From the human T2T-CHM13v2.0 reference genome, Homo sapiens, in NCBI RefSeq assembly GCF_009914755.1, contig NC_060938.1: a stretch of 64,000 nucleotides of DNA; one strand, 5' to 3'. The notes beneath the pieces were generated by a model that did no database searches, was not told where the DNA came from, and saw only the letters and a list, made by a program, of their open reading frames with translations. A program made the translations under genes and the position numbers. Positions within the stretch are counted from its first letter, which is position 1; every line of letters starts with the position of its first letter. This document shows, piece after piece, positions 11,534-24,618 of the stretch.

Positions 11534-13964
11534 TAGCAGGCACTCTGTAAACGCTGGCTTCTAAATATGAGAAAAAGAAAGCAGGTTGGCTATAGAATTG
11601 AGATAGTTTGAAACAATTGAAACAATGACTATAGGTCTAGATATCAAAAAGAAAATAAATAATTTATTTCCCATATAGACATAGCTTTTTCATAGGAAGT
11701 TTAACACATGCACTTCTGGTTTTAATAAAGAGGAGAAAAACAGCTATTCAAACTACATGCCCATGAATTCAGCTCTGCTCAGCTTAGCCACAGCCATGAT
11801 GACTCAGAAAGGCCAGGGCCCCTAGGGGGGCTTTCTGCACAAGGAGCATGGAGAAAGATGCACATGTTCTCCCAGGCAGGGGACAGAGGGGTCTTGGAGA
11901 TCCCTGTTAATGCTGGTGCCACGGCTCAGTTCTTCACAGTTTTCTTTCAGGGCACCCACACACCTCTCTACTTTAACTGATGTTCCTTCACTCCACAAGG
12001 GATTGCTAAAGAGCCCTAGCAACTCAGTACCATGTCACACTAAAAGACTTCCAGCAAGAGAGCTAAGAACGTTAACGACCATGCCTACTTGAGCCTCTGC
12101 TGATCACCAGGATAGACACGCCTGCCCACCTACTTCTGACATCATAGCTAAAAGAATCATCTGGCAAAGGATCTCCCAAGAGGGAAGTTTCCTGCACACT
12201 CTCAAATGCTGGACAGTTGATTATGCAGAGGTGAATGCTGAAATTTGCTTGATATATTTATGGCACCTACTTGTGTGATGCCTTCAAAGAATGCGATGAG
12301 CAAATGCCACAGGCTTCCTCAAAAATGCACGATGGACTCAATAAATAATTTTATATTTCTTTGACATGTATTGGCTTCCCAGAGGCTTACAGTATATGAA
12401 AGACAGGCCACCTGAATTTGAAACAGTATCCTATTGACGTAGTTTGAGTTATTGCTTAAAAATAGTTTTAGCTATGTTCTATCCCCCCAATGCAAGTCAA
12501 ATAAAAGAAATGGGTATGGAGGAACTACACACCTGGATTTTGGCAAGTGCTTGAGGATTGATGGAGACAAATATCCATTTCTTCCTTGTGAGACAGAGAA
12601 GCAGCATTGCAGAAGGGAACTGCTCTTCCAGAAGTCTGACCTTCCATCTTGTAGGAAGGGCCCCACTCCTCTAAAGGTTTAATGGCATCCAATTCGTTTG
12701 GGGTGAATTTAACACACTGTATTATCCAGTACATAAAGGCTCTATTTTGATATAGGTGACGGTTATGCAATGGATGAGTAACATCACTTCAGAACACACA
12801 TCAGGTTTTTCCATTGGAACCACCTGCACCAATATTTAACATAAAATTCTGAAGAGGAAGCACCAGGCAGAGGCATAGATGTGCTTCCTCTTGACATCTT
12901 GTACCAATATGCTACAACCAATTGAGGAAGCCGTACCTCATCTTCAAATGGCTGAGCTTTCTACTGCAGCTCTTAAAAAACACTATTTGTAATTGTAACC
13001 AGATTGTCCCTCCACCAAACACACCATAGAATCTGGTAATAAAGGTAATGTTCTTCTATAAAACAACGGTTTCATAAAATGATCAGAGCCTGGCCCAGGG
13101 TCCTAAACACTTACCTACACCTTAAAGTGTTGAATTAGATTAAAGTGCTATGGGGACATAACTGATGTAATGTTTCAAAATCATAAATGCAGGAGGAGGG
13201 ATATTAAAGCTGGATCATGGAGAGAATGGAATAATGCAATAAAAGCTGGCTCAAACGGTGAGTCTGTGATACTTGATTTATTGTTTTAATATAATGCTGT
13301 AAAGACCATGCTTGAATATACAGCAGTGTTTTATTTATCTAATAGTCGTGATCCTAACAATGGGTGTTTAACAATGGCTTTAGACTGAGATGGTGGCACA
13401 CACAAATGAAGCTGGTTTCAGGATGCTCCCCAAGAAAGGTAACACAGCAGGAGGGAGGAGAGATTAAGAGGCTGTGTTTCAGGGGTACCTGAAAGACCCT
13501 CTGAAAATATAATTCCTCACCTCTCCAGCATAGCTCCACAGCATTAAGAACTGCCCCAGCCCTAGGAAGCTCAGCAAATTGGACATAAGATGAAGGTCCT
13601 GGAGAAAAATCACAGCCCACAGGACTGAACTGAACTGACGACTCTGGGTCCTCTCTGAAGCTACCTCCGCCAGAGGGGGAAAGAGGGTCACAGGAACGGA
13701 GGAAGAGATCAGCACCTATGGGTGCCCTGTCTCCCTGAAGACCCAGCTCCCCATTCCTGAAATATGCCAAAGACAATGCTATGAACCACAAAGCTGAAGT
13801 TCAACTTCATTCTGGGGATATTTTCAAGTTGTTCTATATTGAGAAATTAGGAATTGGGCTTGATACATTGAGTGACATCCTTCTTTTTTACAAAAATCAA
13901 AATCTACCATCCACGAGCTATTTCCACCATCAGCCTGACCAATGGTGGGGTCCTTCACTGCTTC

Positions 13965-14150
13965 CTCAGCAGCATAACACTGTGCCTAGGAGAAGTTCTG
14001 GGTCCAAACCCTCTTCTATTCCCTACAAGTCTTGTGACCTCATGCTGATTAGTGGCAACTCTCTAAGCCTTAGCTTCTTCATCCTTACAATGAGATTAAG
14101 AATAGTGCCCACTTCATAGAGGATTAAATAAAATACTATATATATAAGTA
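13965..14150 (+). mobile_element. MIR
   Basis: ctctctaagccttagcttcttcatcc...aatagtgcccacttcatagaggattaaat. Confidence 0.7.
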
Positions 14151-15104
14151 GCAATGTTGGAACAAGAGTGGTTCAGGATTTACAGTCAAAATTCAATGCT
14201 TCACTTTAAAATCGATTCAGTGGGAGAAATTTTTGCTTTGCACTTGGTAGAAGTCCTGTATGAAGCATGGCTCACAACTCAAGGGCCTCAGATAATAAAA
14301 AGTCCTCCAGTCACACCTCAAATGCAGCCTCAACTCAGAAATGTAAAGGACCAGTTCCAGCAAATAATCACATATGACTTGACTTCAAATCTTCTCCCTT
14401 CCCCAAGCCAGGATCCATTCCATAGTGAACCTGATTTTTCTAGAAGGTCCTCTTGGGCAGAGCCCTTTCAAAATGACCCCAGACACAACATTCCAGCCAC
14501 AATACACACTTCTAACTCAACATTCATATACTCTGACCTGCTTCCCCACTTCCTCCTCCCTCACTACTCTCCTTCCCTCTTCCTTCACACTCTTCCTTTT
14601 CAGACCCAATCTCAATGTGCCCTCAAAATGTCAGCACACAGCATCCTCCAAGTAGTCTCACTGAAGTCCCTCACTGGAGGAGAGGAGGGGAAGGAATTTG
14701 GCAGCAGCTCTTCACAAAGAAATCCTTTTCACAAATCCATTCTTTCTATTATTTTATATCCTCTTGGTGGCTTTTCATGCCTTGTAACCCCTGTTCCTTT
14801 GAAAATCTGCCATTTGTTCTGGGATCTCCTTTAGAATTTCATATCTACAGTATCCTGCTACTGCTGTTGAAATTTTCAGTTTGCCTCCTATCACATGTGT
14901 ACAGAGTAATTAGCACATGTCTGGCATTCAGTAAGCTTCTAATAAATCCCAGAGTTATAAAAATTATTAAAATAATATTAGTAAATCAATGAGTGCTTAG
15001 TTTAAAAAGACTATTTTTAAATATATTAATAAATCCAGAGTAATAATGCCAATACTAAATGACAGTACATAGAAAGCATAATAATGTCAAGTTTTAAACA
15101 CTAA

Positions 15105-15510
15105 TCAGGGCATGTCTTCTCCTTGCTTAAAGCCCTCCAATGGCTTCCCACTGCACTTAGAATGAAAATCTCCTCCTCGTCATTCTCACCCTGGCCCCTG
15201 CCCACTTCTCCTACCACTCACTTTTTCCTGTATTTCCTCTAACCTCATTGGGCTTTTTATACTGTTATTTCTCCAACACCTCAAGCTCTTTCCCATCTCC
15301 AAGTCTTTGCCCTCCCTGCTCCCACTCACTTAAACCCTCCTCCCTGATCTTTGCTCTCACTTAGATCCCAGCCCAGAGAGGTCCAACCTGACCACCCAGT
15401 TGGAACAGATTTTGATGCCCCAACCCAATCCCAGGTAAACAACCTCATTCTTATGAAACATTCTCTTCATAGTATGTATCACAATCTGAAAAATCTTCTC
15501 AATTTTTCCG
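15105..15510 (+). mobile_element. L2 fragment
   Basis: cttgcttaaagccctccaatggcttcccactgcacttagaat. Confidence 0.75.
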
Positions 15511-15518
15511 TTTGCTAA

Positions 15519-15910
15519 TGTTATGGACTGAATGTTCATGCCTCCCTCAAATTCCTATGTTGAAGCCCTAACCACCAATATGATGGTATTTTGAGGTAGA
15601 GCCTTTGGGAGGTAATTAGGGTTCTATGAGGTCATGATGGTGGGGCCCTTATAATGGGATTAGTGTCCTTATAAAGAGTAGAGGAAGAAAGGTGAGAGCT
15701 TTCTCTCTCTCCACATGCCATGTGAGACCACAGCAAGCAGGTAGCTGTCTACAATCTACAAGCCTGAAAGAGAGAACTCACCAGGAGCTAAATCTGCTGG
15801 TGCCTTGATGTTGGAATTCCCAGGCTCCAGAATTTTGAGAAACAAATGTCTGGTTTTTAAGCCACCCAGTATTTGGTATTTTATTATAACAGCCTGAGCT
15901 GACGTAAGCA
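15519..15910 (+). mobile_element. MLT1A-type MaLR solo LTR
   Basis: tgttatggactgaatgt...gcctttgggaggtaattaggg...tttaagccacccagt. Confidence 0.85.
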
Positions 15911-16039
15911 GATTATCATCTGTGTCTTTTTCTCCCTCAAACAATGAGTTCATCCTCTATAATATCTATCTAAAGAAAAACTCCTTCTCAAATGTGTAGT
16001 AATCTCCTAAGCATATTAGACATGATAAGATGATAATTA

Positions 16040-16280
16040 TAACTATTAACATATACTGAGTACTTACATGAGAGTCATAAATGATCTTACGGGTATTAAC
16101 CCCATTTAACACAACCCTACTAAGAAGATATTATTATGCCCATTTTCTCCTGAGAAAACTAAGGCATAAAAAAGGTTAAGTAAACTAGGCCAAGGTCATA
16201 TAGTCAGTAAGTTATGGCATCAGAATATGAACACAGATGGTCTTGCCTCAGAACCTGGACTCATAACTACCATGTAGCCT
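16040..16280 (-). mobile_element. MIR
   Basis: cattttctcctgagaaaactaaggc...ggttaagtaa...ccaaggtcatatag. Confidence 0.75.
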
Positions 16281-16849
16281 ACCATCTTGTATTTCCAACA
16301 CTCTCTGAGCACAGCAGAGGTTCTGCCAATGGAAAGCCCATTGTCTCTAACTACCCAGGCATATTCACCTCTTGCCACTCTACCCTCTCCCTGCCTTTAC
16401 AAATTTGCTGCAAAGCTACAGATTTAAGACTGAATTTTTACATAAATGCACAGAGTAGTCATAAATCTATAAATTTAAGACTCTAAATTTTTACCATTCA
16501 AATTCCTTTTAGCTTAATCATCATTTTATGATGTTTCTCTGAAATATCTCTATCAACATCTGCTTGGTACTGGCTTAAATGCTAGACTACAAAATCCGCT
16601 AATTGCTTACTTGTGGAATCATTCACACATGTGTTGCTCACCCCAGGATGTGACTTCTGTACCAAGTCAACATGAACTTCTCTTGCTTTCTTTGTCCTTT
16701 CTTTCCTCTTATTATACTTTTCTTTTTTTTCTAGAGACATGAAGGGGAGACAGGGACAGAACTGTAGGAGGTGGGCTCCAAAACATTTATTTCTGAGCCT
16801 TATAAAAATAATAATAAACAGCACTTATTAAGGACTTCTTGAAGAGATA

Positions 16850-17012
16850 CAGTATAGTGTATTGGTTAAAAATATGGGCTCTGGAGACAGACATACTTTG
16901 AACACTCACTTCAGACCTTGAGCTTGTTACTTCTCCTCTCAGTGCCTCAGCTTCCTCATCTGAAAAACGAAGATACATTCATACTAGAATATTTGAATAT
17001 TAAGTGAGTACA
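16850..17012 (+). mobile_element. MIR followed by a short (TA)n
   Basis: ggttaaaaatatgggctctggagacagac...gtgcctcagcttcctcatctgaaaa. Confidence 0.8.
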
Positions 17013-17240
17013 TACATATATATGTGTATATATATATATATACACATATACTATTTAAAACAGTACTGGCATAAAAATATTATATAAATGTGATGGCTCT
17101 GCCAGGTTGGGGCAAAAGATTGCAAAAAAGGGGATGCCAGAAGAGGGGGTGTCAAAATAATTGCACTGAGAGAGGGGGTCAATTAACCTCTGGACTAGTA
17201 CAAAGTGTATGAAACATAATACTAAGAAAATGCATTTATA

Positions 17241-17380
17241 GCCAAGCATGGTGTAGTCCCAGCTACTCAGGAGGCTGAGGCAAGAGAATCGCTTGAACCT
17301 GGGAGGTGGAGGTTGCAGTGAGCTGAGATTGTACAATTGCACTCCAGCGTAGGTGACACAATGAGACTCTGTCAAAAAAA
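17241..17380 (+). mobile_element. Alu right monomer only (5'-truncated Alu or FRAM)
   Basis: Right-arm sequence flanked by a 15-bp TSD aaaatgcatttatag (17227-17241, 17378-17392). Confidence 0.9.
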
Positions 17381-17620
17381 ATGCATTTATAGATAAAAAG
17401 ATTTGCCTAGTTGAAATGAAACATCACAGTGCAGGGCACAGAGAAAGGGAAGTACAGCATTTTCAATTTGAGGTGGTACAATATTCCTATTGTCTCCCAT
17501 TTACAATCATGGATTCTAAGTGTCCCTAGGTTGTTGCTATTAAGCATATAGCCAATACAGGAATCACGCTCTACCATGGCTGACACAAGGTCCCAGCCTT
17601 TGCTTGAACAACTCAGGCCA

Positions 17621-18452
17621 TGTGGTAGGCTGAATAATGAGCCCTCCTAAAGTCCATGTCTGAATCTCCAGAACCTGTGAATGTTGCCTCAAATGGCAAA
17701 AGGCACTTTGTAAATGCAATTAAGTTAAGAATTTCAGAGACAGAGAATAGCCTGGATTATACAAGTGAATCTAAATGAATTACAAGTGTATTAGTCTCAC
17801 ACTGATATAAGGACATACCCGAGACTGGGTAATCTATAAAGGAAAGAAGTTTAATTGACTCACAGTTCCACAGGGCAGGGGAGGACTCAGGAAACAATCA
17901 TGGTGGAAAGGGAAGCAAACATATCCTTCTTCACATGGTGGCAGGAGAGAGAAATGAGTGCCCAGTGAAGGGGGAAGCTCCTTATAAAACCAACAGATCT
18001 CATAAGAACTCACTATCATGAGAACAGGATGGGGAAACCACCTCAATGATTCAATTATCTCCCCCTAGTCCCTCCCATGACACGTGGGGATTATGGGAAC
18101 TACAATTCAAGATGAGATTTGGGTGGGGACACAGCCAAAGCATATCAACAAGTGTTCTCATAACAGGGAGGGAGAGGGAGATTTAACTACAGAAATAAGA
18201 GACTGATGATGGAAGCAACAAGCTGGTGTGATGAGAGAATGGGGTCACAAGCCAAGGAGTGCAGGCTCCAGAAGCTAGCAAGGGCAAGGAAACTAGAGCC
18301 TCCAGAAGGAATGATCCCTGTCAATGTCTTGAATTTAGTCCAGTGAGACCAATTTTAAACTTCTAGCCTCCAGGACTTCAGGAGAATAAATCTGCACTAA
18401 ATCACTAAGTTTGTGGTAATGCATTATTGCAGTGAGAGGAAATTCATATACA
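17621..18452 (+). mobile_element. MLT1C/D MaLR LTR split by a THE1 insertion
   Basis: tgtggtaggctgaataatg start; 3' part gcaaggaaac...gagcctccagaaggaa...ataca. Confidence 0.82.
17787..18147 (-). mobile_element. THE1D-like MaLR solo LTR
   Basis: tgtattagtc...cagccaaagcatatca; perfect TSD ACAAG (17782-17786, 18148-18152). Confidence 0.92.
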
Positions 18453-18589
18453 CCAAAACTCCATTGTGATTACTGTTGACCCAGTGGTCCTCCAACGGTG
18501 CACCTAAGATATGCTTATGCTTCGAAACCTAGATATTCAATAGCTAAATTTGAATCATGAATAAAGTTATTGTAGGAAAAAATATAGTA

Positions 18590-18780
18590 GCTATCAGTTT
18601 TTGAGGACATATTACCATTATGCTTTTCCATGTATCATCTCATTAAATGTAATCCTCACAACAATTCTCTTCTGATAGGTGAGCAGACAGGTTTAAAGAG
18701 GCTGAATAATTTGTCCAAAGTCAGGAAGCTAACTAAGTAGCCAAACAGAGGTTCAATCCCAATTTGAGTCCAAAAATAAT
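18590..18780 (-). mobile_element. MIR
   Basis: aatcctcacaacaa...agaggctgaataatttgtccaaagtca. Confidence 0.65.
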
Positions 18781-19119
18781 GACATTGAATTGAACATATA
18801 AAAATATATCAAATTTGAGTTTTCTCCCAGTGGTTTTTCTTATATTTGGAAGGGTCTACTATCATTTGTTTGCCAGCATAGGCTAGTGGCCATAGAAATG
18901 AATGAAAAACAGCAAACAATATTAACAGAAAAATTCAAAGTTGTCAATGCCTATGATCAAACCCCTTCTTTAAAAACACTCAGGATTTGGATTTGTAATT
19001 GTGATGTTATATTGTTTTGTAGAACATGCCATTTAGTTATATCCATATTTCTAAGGGTAGTAAACTTGAAACAATTAAATACAGAGTGCCTTTTGAGGTT
19101 GCCTCTTATATACGTGTCT

Positions 19120-19320
19120 GTTATTATTAGCAGATGCCAGGCTATGGTAAGCATTTAATTTTCACAACTATCCTGTGATATTGGTAATTTTTATTTTTGC
19201 ATTTTACAAATAAAAAAGAACATTTAAATAATTTGCCTAAGATCACCCAGTTTATGAGCAGCAGAGACAGGGCTGGAACTAACAGCAGTCTGATTTCAAA
19301 AACTGTGCTTTTCTGCACCC
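19120..19320 (-). mobile_element. MIR
   Basis: cattttacaaata...aataatttgcctaagatcacccag. Confidence 0.65.
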
Positions 19321-20171
19321 CACTGAGAGGAGAATGCCCAAACTTTAACCCCCCCACCCCCACCAAAGCATCATGCAGAACATTCCATTCCATCCATACA
19401 CAACCTTTATGACCCCTTTTGAAGTAACATAACAACCTATTTTATGGAGAGCATGGAGAAAGTCTCTCCATAAAAAGGCAAAAGGAGAGAAGCATTTGGT
19501 TAAATTTTGTGGTGTTGCGCAAAGAACACAGTATCTTCTAGATATGAGATATCTAAATGGCTAAAACGTTGCCCAGTTGTATTGAACCCAAGTGTGTTTA
19601 CATGTGACCTCAACTCCCTTCCTTGGATCTGTCTTCTGGGGTCACAGAGAACAAGTGTACTCTCCTTTCATCCAACAGGCCTTTTATGACTTCCCAAGTT
19701 TATGTTTGTTTCTGAGCTAAACGTATTCCTGTTCTTCAATCGTCCTTGATGTGACAAGGCTTGTTTTAGGATATGCCAAAATCAGAGATGACTCCCTAAC
19801 TGATTTTAGTTGTATCATCTCAGCAAGACAAAAGCCTCAGGACATAGAGAGAGTGAGAAGGAGACAGGTCAGAGATCTTGTTTTTGGTTTTATTTTCCTT
19901 TAGTTATACTATTCAAGATAGTGCAATGTAATATTTAGCTTTTCCAGCCCCTGCTTCCAGCCCTTGGCCAAAGGAGTGATTCGTTGAATGAAGGGGAGTC
20001 ATGGCCTCCTAAACTGACACTGATCACTTACACATAGGGGATGACACAGAGGGGTGTCACACCCCACAGCCAATTTGGTGGGCATGACCAGGAAACAGAT
20101 TTATGTGAGGAGGAGTACCTTTTATTTCCTCCCCTGGGGCAGAAACATTTCTACCTCATTTAAGTCATTAA

Positions 20172-20291
20172 CATTTATGTCTAGTGTTCCGAATGCTAAG
20201 CATGTGGGATTTATTTATATCCTACTGCTCAAGGTCGGGGCCGAGGTCTGATTACAAAAATTTAAAAAATAGCAACTTCAGGCATAAAGGG
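20172..20291 (+). mobile_element. MER85 (piggyBac/PGBD3-derived MITE)
   Basis: TTAA target sites at 20168-20171 and 20292-20295; TIRs catttatgtc / ggcataaaggg; internal gctaagcatgtgggatttatttatatcctactgctcaaggtc. Confidence 0.9.
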
Positions 20292-20643
20292 TTAAGGGGC
20301 AGATCTTCACAAACTCCACACAAGCCAGCAAGCACAGTACCCGGGCAAACAAGTGCTACTTAGCACGGGACTGCCATAATCTTCCTGTGGGAAAAGGCAC
20401 ACAAACCTCATCATGAGTCCCCTAAGCACACAGACAATGGTCATACTCAGTTAAATCAATTTGTTCCCATGAAAAAGGAAAGATCATTCGTTTTTATTGA
20501 GCCTCAGTGGGGCCTTCAGGCCTCCCAAAGGAATCTGACCCTATGATCCACTGTAGCCATTTCTGTCTTCACCATCTTGGTTCTCCTCTAGTTAATTCCA
20601 CTTAGAATGGCCTGATCACAAAAGCAATAAAGTCAATAGATTT

Positions 20644-20737
20644 ATTATAAAATAATAAATGACTAACAGCACACCCTTTCCTAGGAAAGATAGCACAACA
20701 GAAAGACAACCCCCTCAAAGTCCCGTAAAACATATTT
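20644..20737 (+). repeat. Copy 1 of a ~95 bp direct repeat
   Basis: attataaaataataaatgactaa...ctttcctaggaaagatagcacaacagaaagaca...aaaacatattt recurs at 22263-22359. Confidence 0.95.
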
Positions 20738-20974
20738 GTGCTAAAAGAAAAGGGAGAAAAGGCCGTTCTATGGCTCTGTATTTTACCACAAAATAGCCTA
20801 TTTAAACACATCTGGGCCCAGGATGAAGAGTAACACTCTACAAGCCAGTCACAAGGCTCCTGATGAGAAATTCAGGACTTCTGAGAATATGCTTTGGGCT
20901 CCTGGTGGATTTTGGTGCCCTTACCCCTTCCGACCACATGATGGCGCCCTGTGCTCCGGTGGAGCAAGTAGAGT

Positions 20975-21140
20975 CAGGAAAGCAGGGTTCAGAGTCAGCC
21001 TCCGCTTATTTTCAATCTGGGATTTGGCACAAACACTTTACCCTTCTGAGTTTTGATGACCTCATCTGTGGAAGGGTTATTATTATTCCTCAGGATAATA
21101 GTTACCTACTGGGGCTGTTGTGAGAATAATGAGGTAACCA
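20975..21140 (+). mobile_element. MIR
   Basis: ccttctgagtttt...cctcatctgtggaa...acctactggggctgttgtgagaat. Confidence 0.6.
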
Positions 21141-21559
21141 CTAGGACGCACAGCATAGCTCGTGAAACAGGACCAAGGAGCTGCTTCCGCTCTCTCTCCC
21201 ACGGGCCCTTCCAGTTCATTCCACCGGACTGGCTTTTTCTTGTCCCTGGATCCGATTAGAACAAGTTTTATAACTCTTCTGGATACTTTCAAGTAATCAA
21301 AGAAGGCTTGATTCGGAAATGCCTATCTTCTATCCAATGGAATAAATAAAACTTTCCGTTTGTCCGTTCTCACTCACACCCTCTCCATGCTCACTGCTGG
21401 CCCAAGCAGGCTGGCTGCCTGCCCAGGAGAAAGTGGTGTTTGACCTCTCTTTCTCCACCGTGCACATTCATCCTTTCTCCTCAAACTAGTTAATCGTGGT
21501 TTCTTACCCTTCTGGATCAGAAAGTATGGAGATAAGAGAAGAAAAGGGGTCTCCTCTCA

Positions 21560-21780
21560 GGAAGATGGGGCATGCGCCCTCACGTTCTCTCCCCGGCTGC
21601 TCCTTGAGCCTCTGAGACGTGCTCCCCCGCCCCATCGCTGGGCTTTTTTTTTTTTTTCCTGTAGTTTCATTGACTTGGGCAAATTCTTCTCTTCTGCCTG
21701 ACACTTCAGGATCCTACTTCAGCTCTGTAACCCTGGAACCCCGCCCCCTCCCCTAAGGAGGCTGCCATCTTGCTCAGGAT
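21560..21780. promoter_or_regulatory. Candidate promoter/enhancer-like motif cluster
   Basis: GCATGCGC (NRF1-like, 21570), GC boxes (21624, 21739), GCCATCTTG (YY1-like, 21764) and several retained CpGs in non-repeat DNA. Confidence 0.35.
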
Positions 21781-22262
21781 CTAAGATGTCCAGCACTGTC
21801 TCAGACATGGCCTCCATCTTCTCCATGGGACCCACTTGCTTTGCCTGGAGAAACACTGGGAGTGTAGCCCATCCCAAGGCAGCAACATCTCTTCTTCACT
21901 CCATTCTCTTAGCAACCACACAGCCTCTTTCACTCTGGATTTCTGGAGCTGAGTCAAGTGCTGGTCTGTGGAGCCCACCAAACATCCAGAGACACATCCT
22001 AGGTTCTCTGGGTAGTTTCCTCACACCCCTCAATATGGACCTGAGGTGAAAGAACCCACCCTTCAACTTACGGGAGAGATTCGCCATACAACTCCCACCT
22101 TTTTGTCCATCTTTCTAACCTACTAGAGGCTGGAGGTCAGTGCTTGGGTGTGGGGCAATATCCAGTTTTGGCTCAGCTCCTTTTGCAAGTCTCAGTTGTG
22201 GTTTTGCACCTCACTTTGGACTATAGGCTCTGTTAACTTGAGTGCACAGCTGAAACTGTGAA

Positions 22263-22359
22263 ATTATAAAATAATAAATGACTAATGGCATGCCCTTTCC
22301 TAGGAAAGATAGCACAACAGAAAGACATCCCCTCAAACAAAGTCTCCTAAAACATATTT
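22263..22359 (+). repeat. Copy 2 of the ~95 bp direct repeat
   Basis: Aligns to 20644-20737. Confidence 0.95.
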
Positions 22360-22429
22360 TAGGGGACTGGAAGACCTTCGTGTTAATATCTCTTTACCAT
22401 AATAGTAGCAATGGTAATAGTGGCAGCGA

Positions 22430-22650
22430 GTGTTTATCTGTCATTGAGATGCATCGGGCACTGTACTGAGTGGTTTATGGGTATTTTCTTATTGAATCCT
22501 CACTACAATCCTCTGAGGAAACTCTGATGTTTGCATTTAACACAGGAGGAAACTGAGGCTCAGGGAAGGTCTTGATTAAGCTTGGGTCATAGACTTCACA
22601 AGGGGCAATAGTAGGATTACAAAGTAGGTCAGTCTGATTCTAGGGCCAGT
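22430..22650 (-). mobile_element. MIR
   Basis: gaatcctcactacaatcctctgagg...gaggaaactgaggctcag. Confidence 0.75.
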
Positions 22651-23348
22651 GTCAGAATCTCTGTCCACACACCAGAATGCTTGTGCAACCATCAAATCAG
22701 TCATTTATTTGATAGGCTATGAAAAAGCCTTTTGTAAAACTATAAAGTATTCTTCAATTATTTATATTGTTATTGTAGTTATAAAAAACAATGATTTTTA
22801 TTATTCCATTCCATTAGTATGGCTTTAGGCTGCTTATATAAGATACATTAAACACGCTAAAAAGATTTAAATTGAGGCTGGGGATTGGGAGGTGACAGAG
22901 TAAGTGTTACAGTGGCCATTAAAATGTCTTAAACATTAAGGTACCTAAAAATGTAATATTTAACTGAATTAAGATCGCCAAATTAAATTGGCTGTTTTCC
23001 CAAGTGTGATCTCTGGTAATTGCCACTTGATTGAATAGGGAACCAAACAGACAGAATTGTAGACAACGCAGTGATGTTCAAGCCCTCCCGCTACCCCCAC
23101 CACCCTCATTAGGTACAAGTAGCTTTACCAATTGCTCAGAAAACAGAACATCCATGCTCTGCTTTAGAGTCATACAAATATCAGGAATGTTTGCATATGT
23201 TTCCCCACCATTTACAAGGATTTAAAAAGAAACTTTTCCATAAGAACATAACATGGATGAAACCAGTCATATGATTAACAGGTAACATGTAATGAAATGT
23301 TACTCTGTGCCAGGCACTGGGTTGAGTACTCCACAAGAATGCCTTATT

Positions 23349-23977
<629 letters not shown>

Positions 23978-24045
23978 TTTTCAACAACACTTTGAAATAA
24001 CAACACTAAGTTTTCTGATTTACAGAGGGGGCTTAGGACAGTCAC

Positions 24046-24537
24046 TGTGGTAGGAAGAATAATTCCCCCCAAAGATGTCCAAGTCCTAATCCCTGGAACC
24101 TATAAATATGTTTCTTACATGGCAAAAAGACTTTGCAGATGTGATTATATTTAGCCTCTTGACATGGGAATATTATACTATATTATACAGGTGGGCCCAA
24201 TGTAATCATAAGGATCCTTAAAAGATAGAAGAGGGAGGAAGAGAGACAAAAGAGGGAAGAAGGTCAGAGTCAAATTCAGAGAGAGATTTGAAGGTATTAC
24301 ACTGCTGGCTCTGAAGATAGAGAAAGGGACCAGGAGCCAAGAAATGCAGGTGGCCTCAAAAGGCTGGAAAAGGCAAGGAAACAAGATTCTCCGTTAGAAC
24401 CTCCATAAGGAATACATCTCTTCTGACACCTTGATTTCAGCCCAGTAGAACACCTAGAACTGTAAGACACTGAATTTCTTGATGTTTTAAGCCACTGTAT
24501 GTGTATAATTTGTTACAGTCGCAATAGGAAACTAATA
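24046..24537 (+). mobile_element. MLT1D-like MaLR solo LTR
   Basis: tgtggtaggaagaataattccccccaaagatgtcc...gcaataggaaactaata; TSD GTCAC (24041-24045, 24538-24542). Confidence 0.88.
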
Positions 24538-24618
24538 GTCACCTTGCATTAGGAAATGGTGGAGGTTGGATTTGAACACTGGTGTGTCTGACTCCAAATT
24601 GCATCCCATGTTTACCAG

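Noticed and set aside
13666-13682. ccgccagagggggaa CTCF-like motif (also ccacatgatggcgcc near 20934)
   Set aside because: Mismatches at key core positions; too weak to call
14154-14834. 226-aa ATG ORF, the longest in the window
   Set aside because: No recognisable domain and composition follows a pyrimidine-rich tract; cannot be supported without PhyloCSF or Ribo-seq
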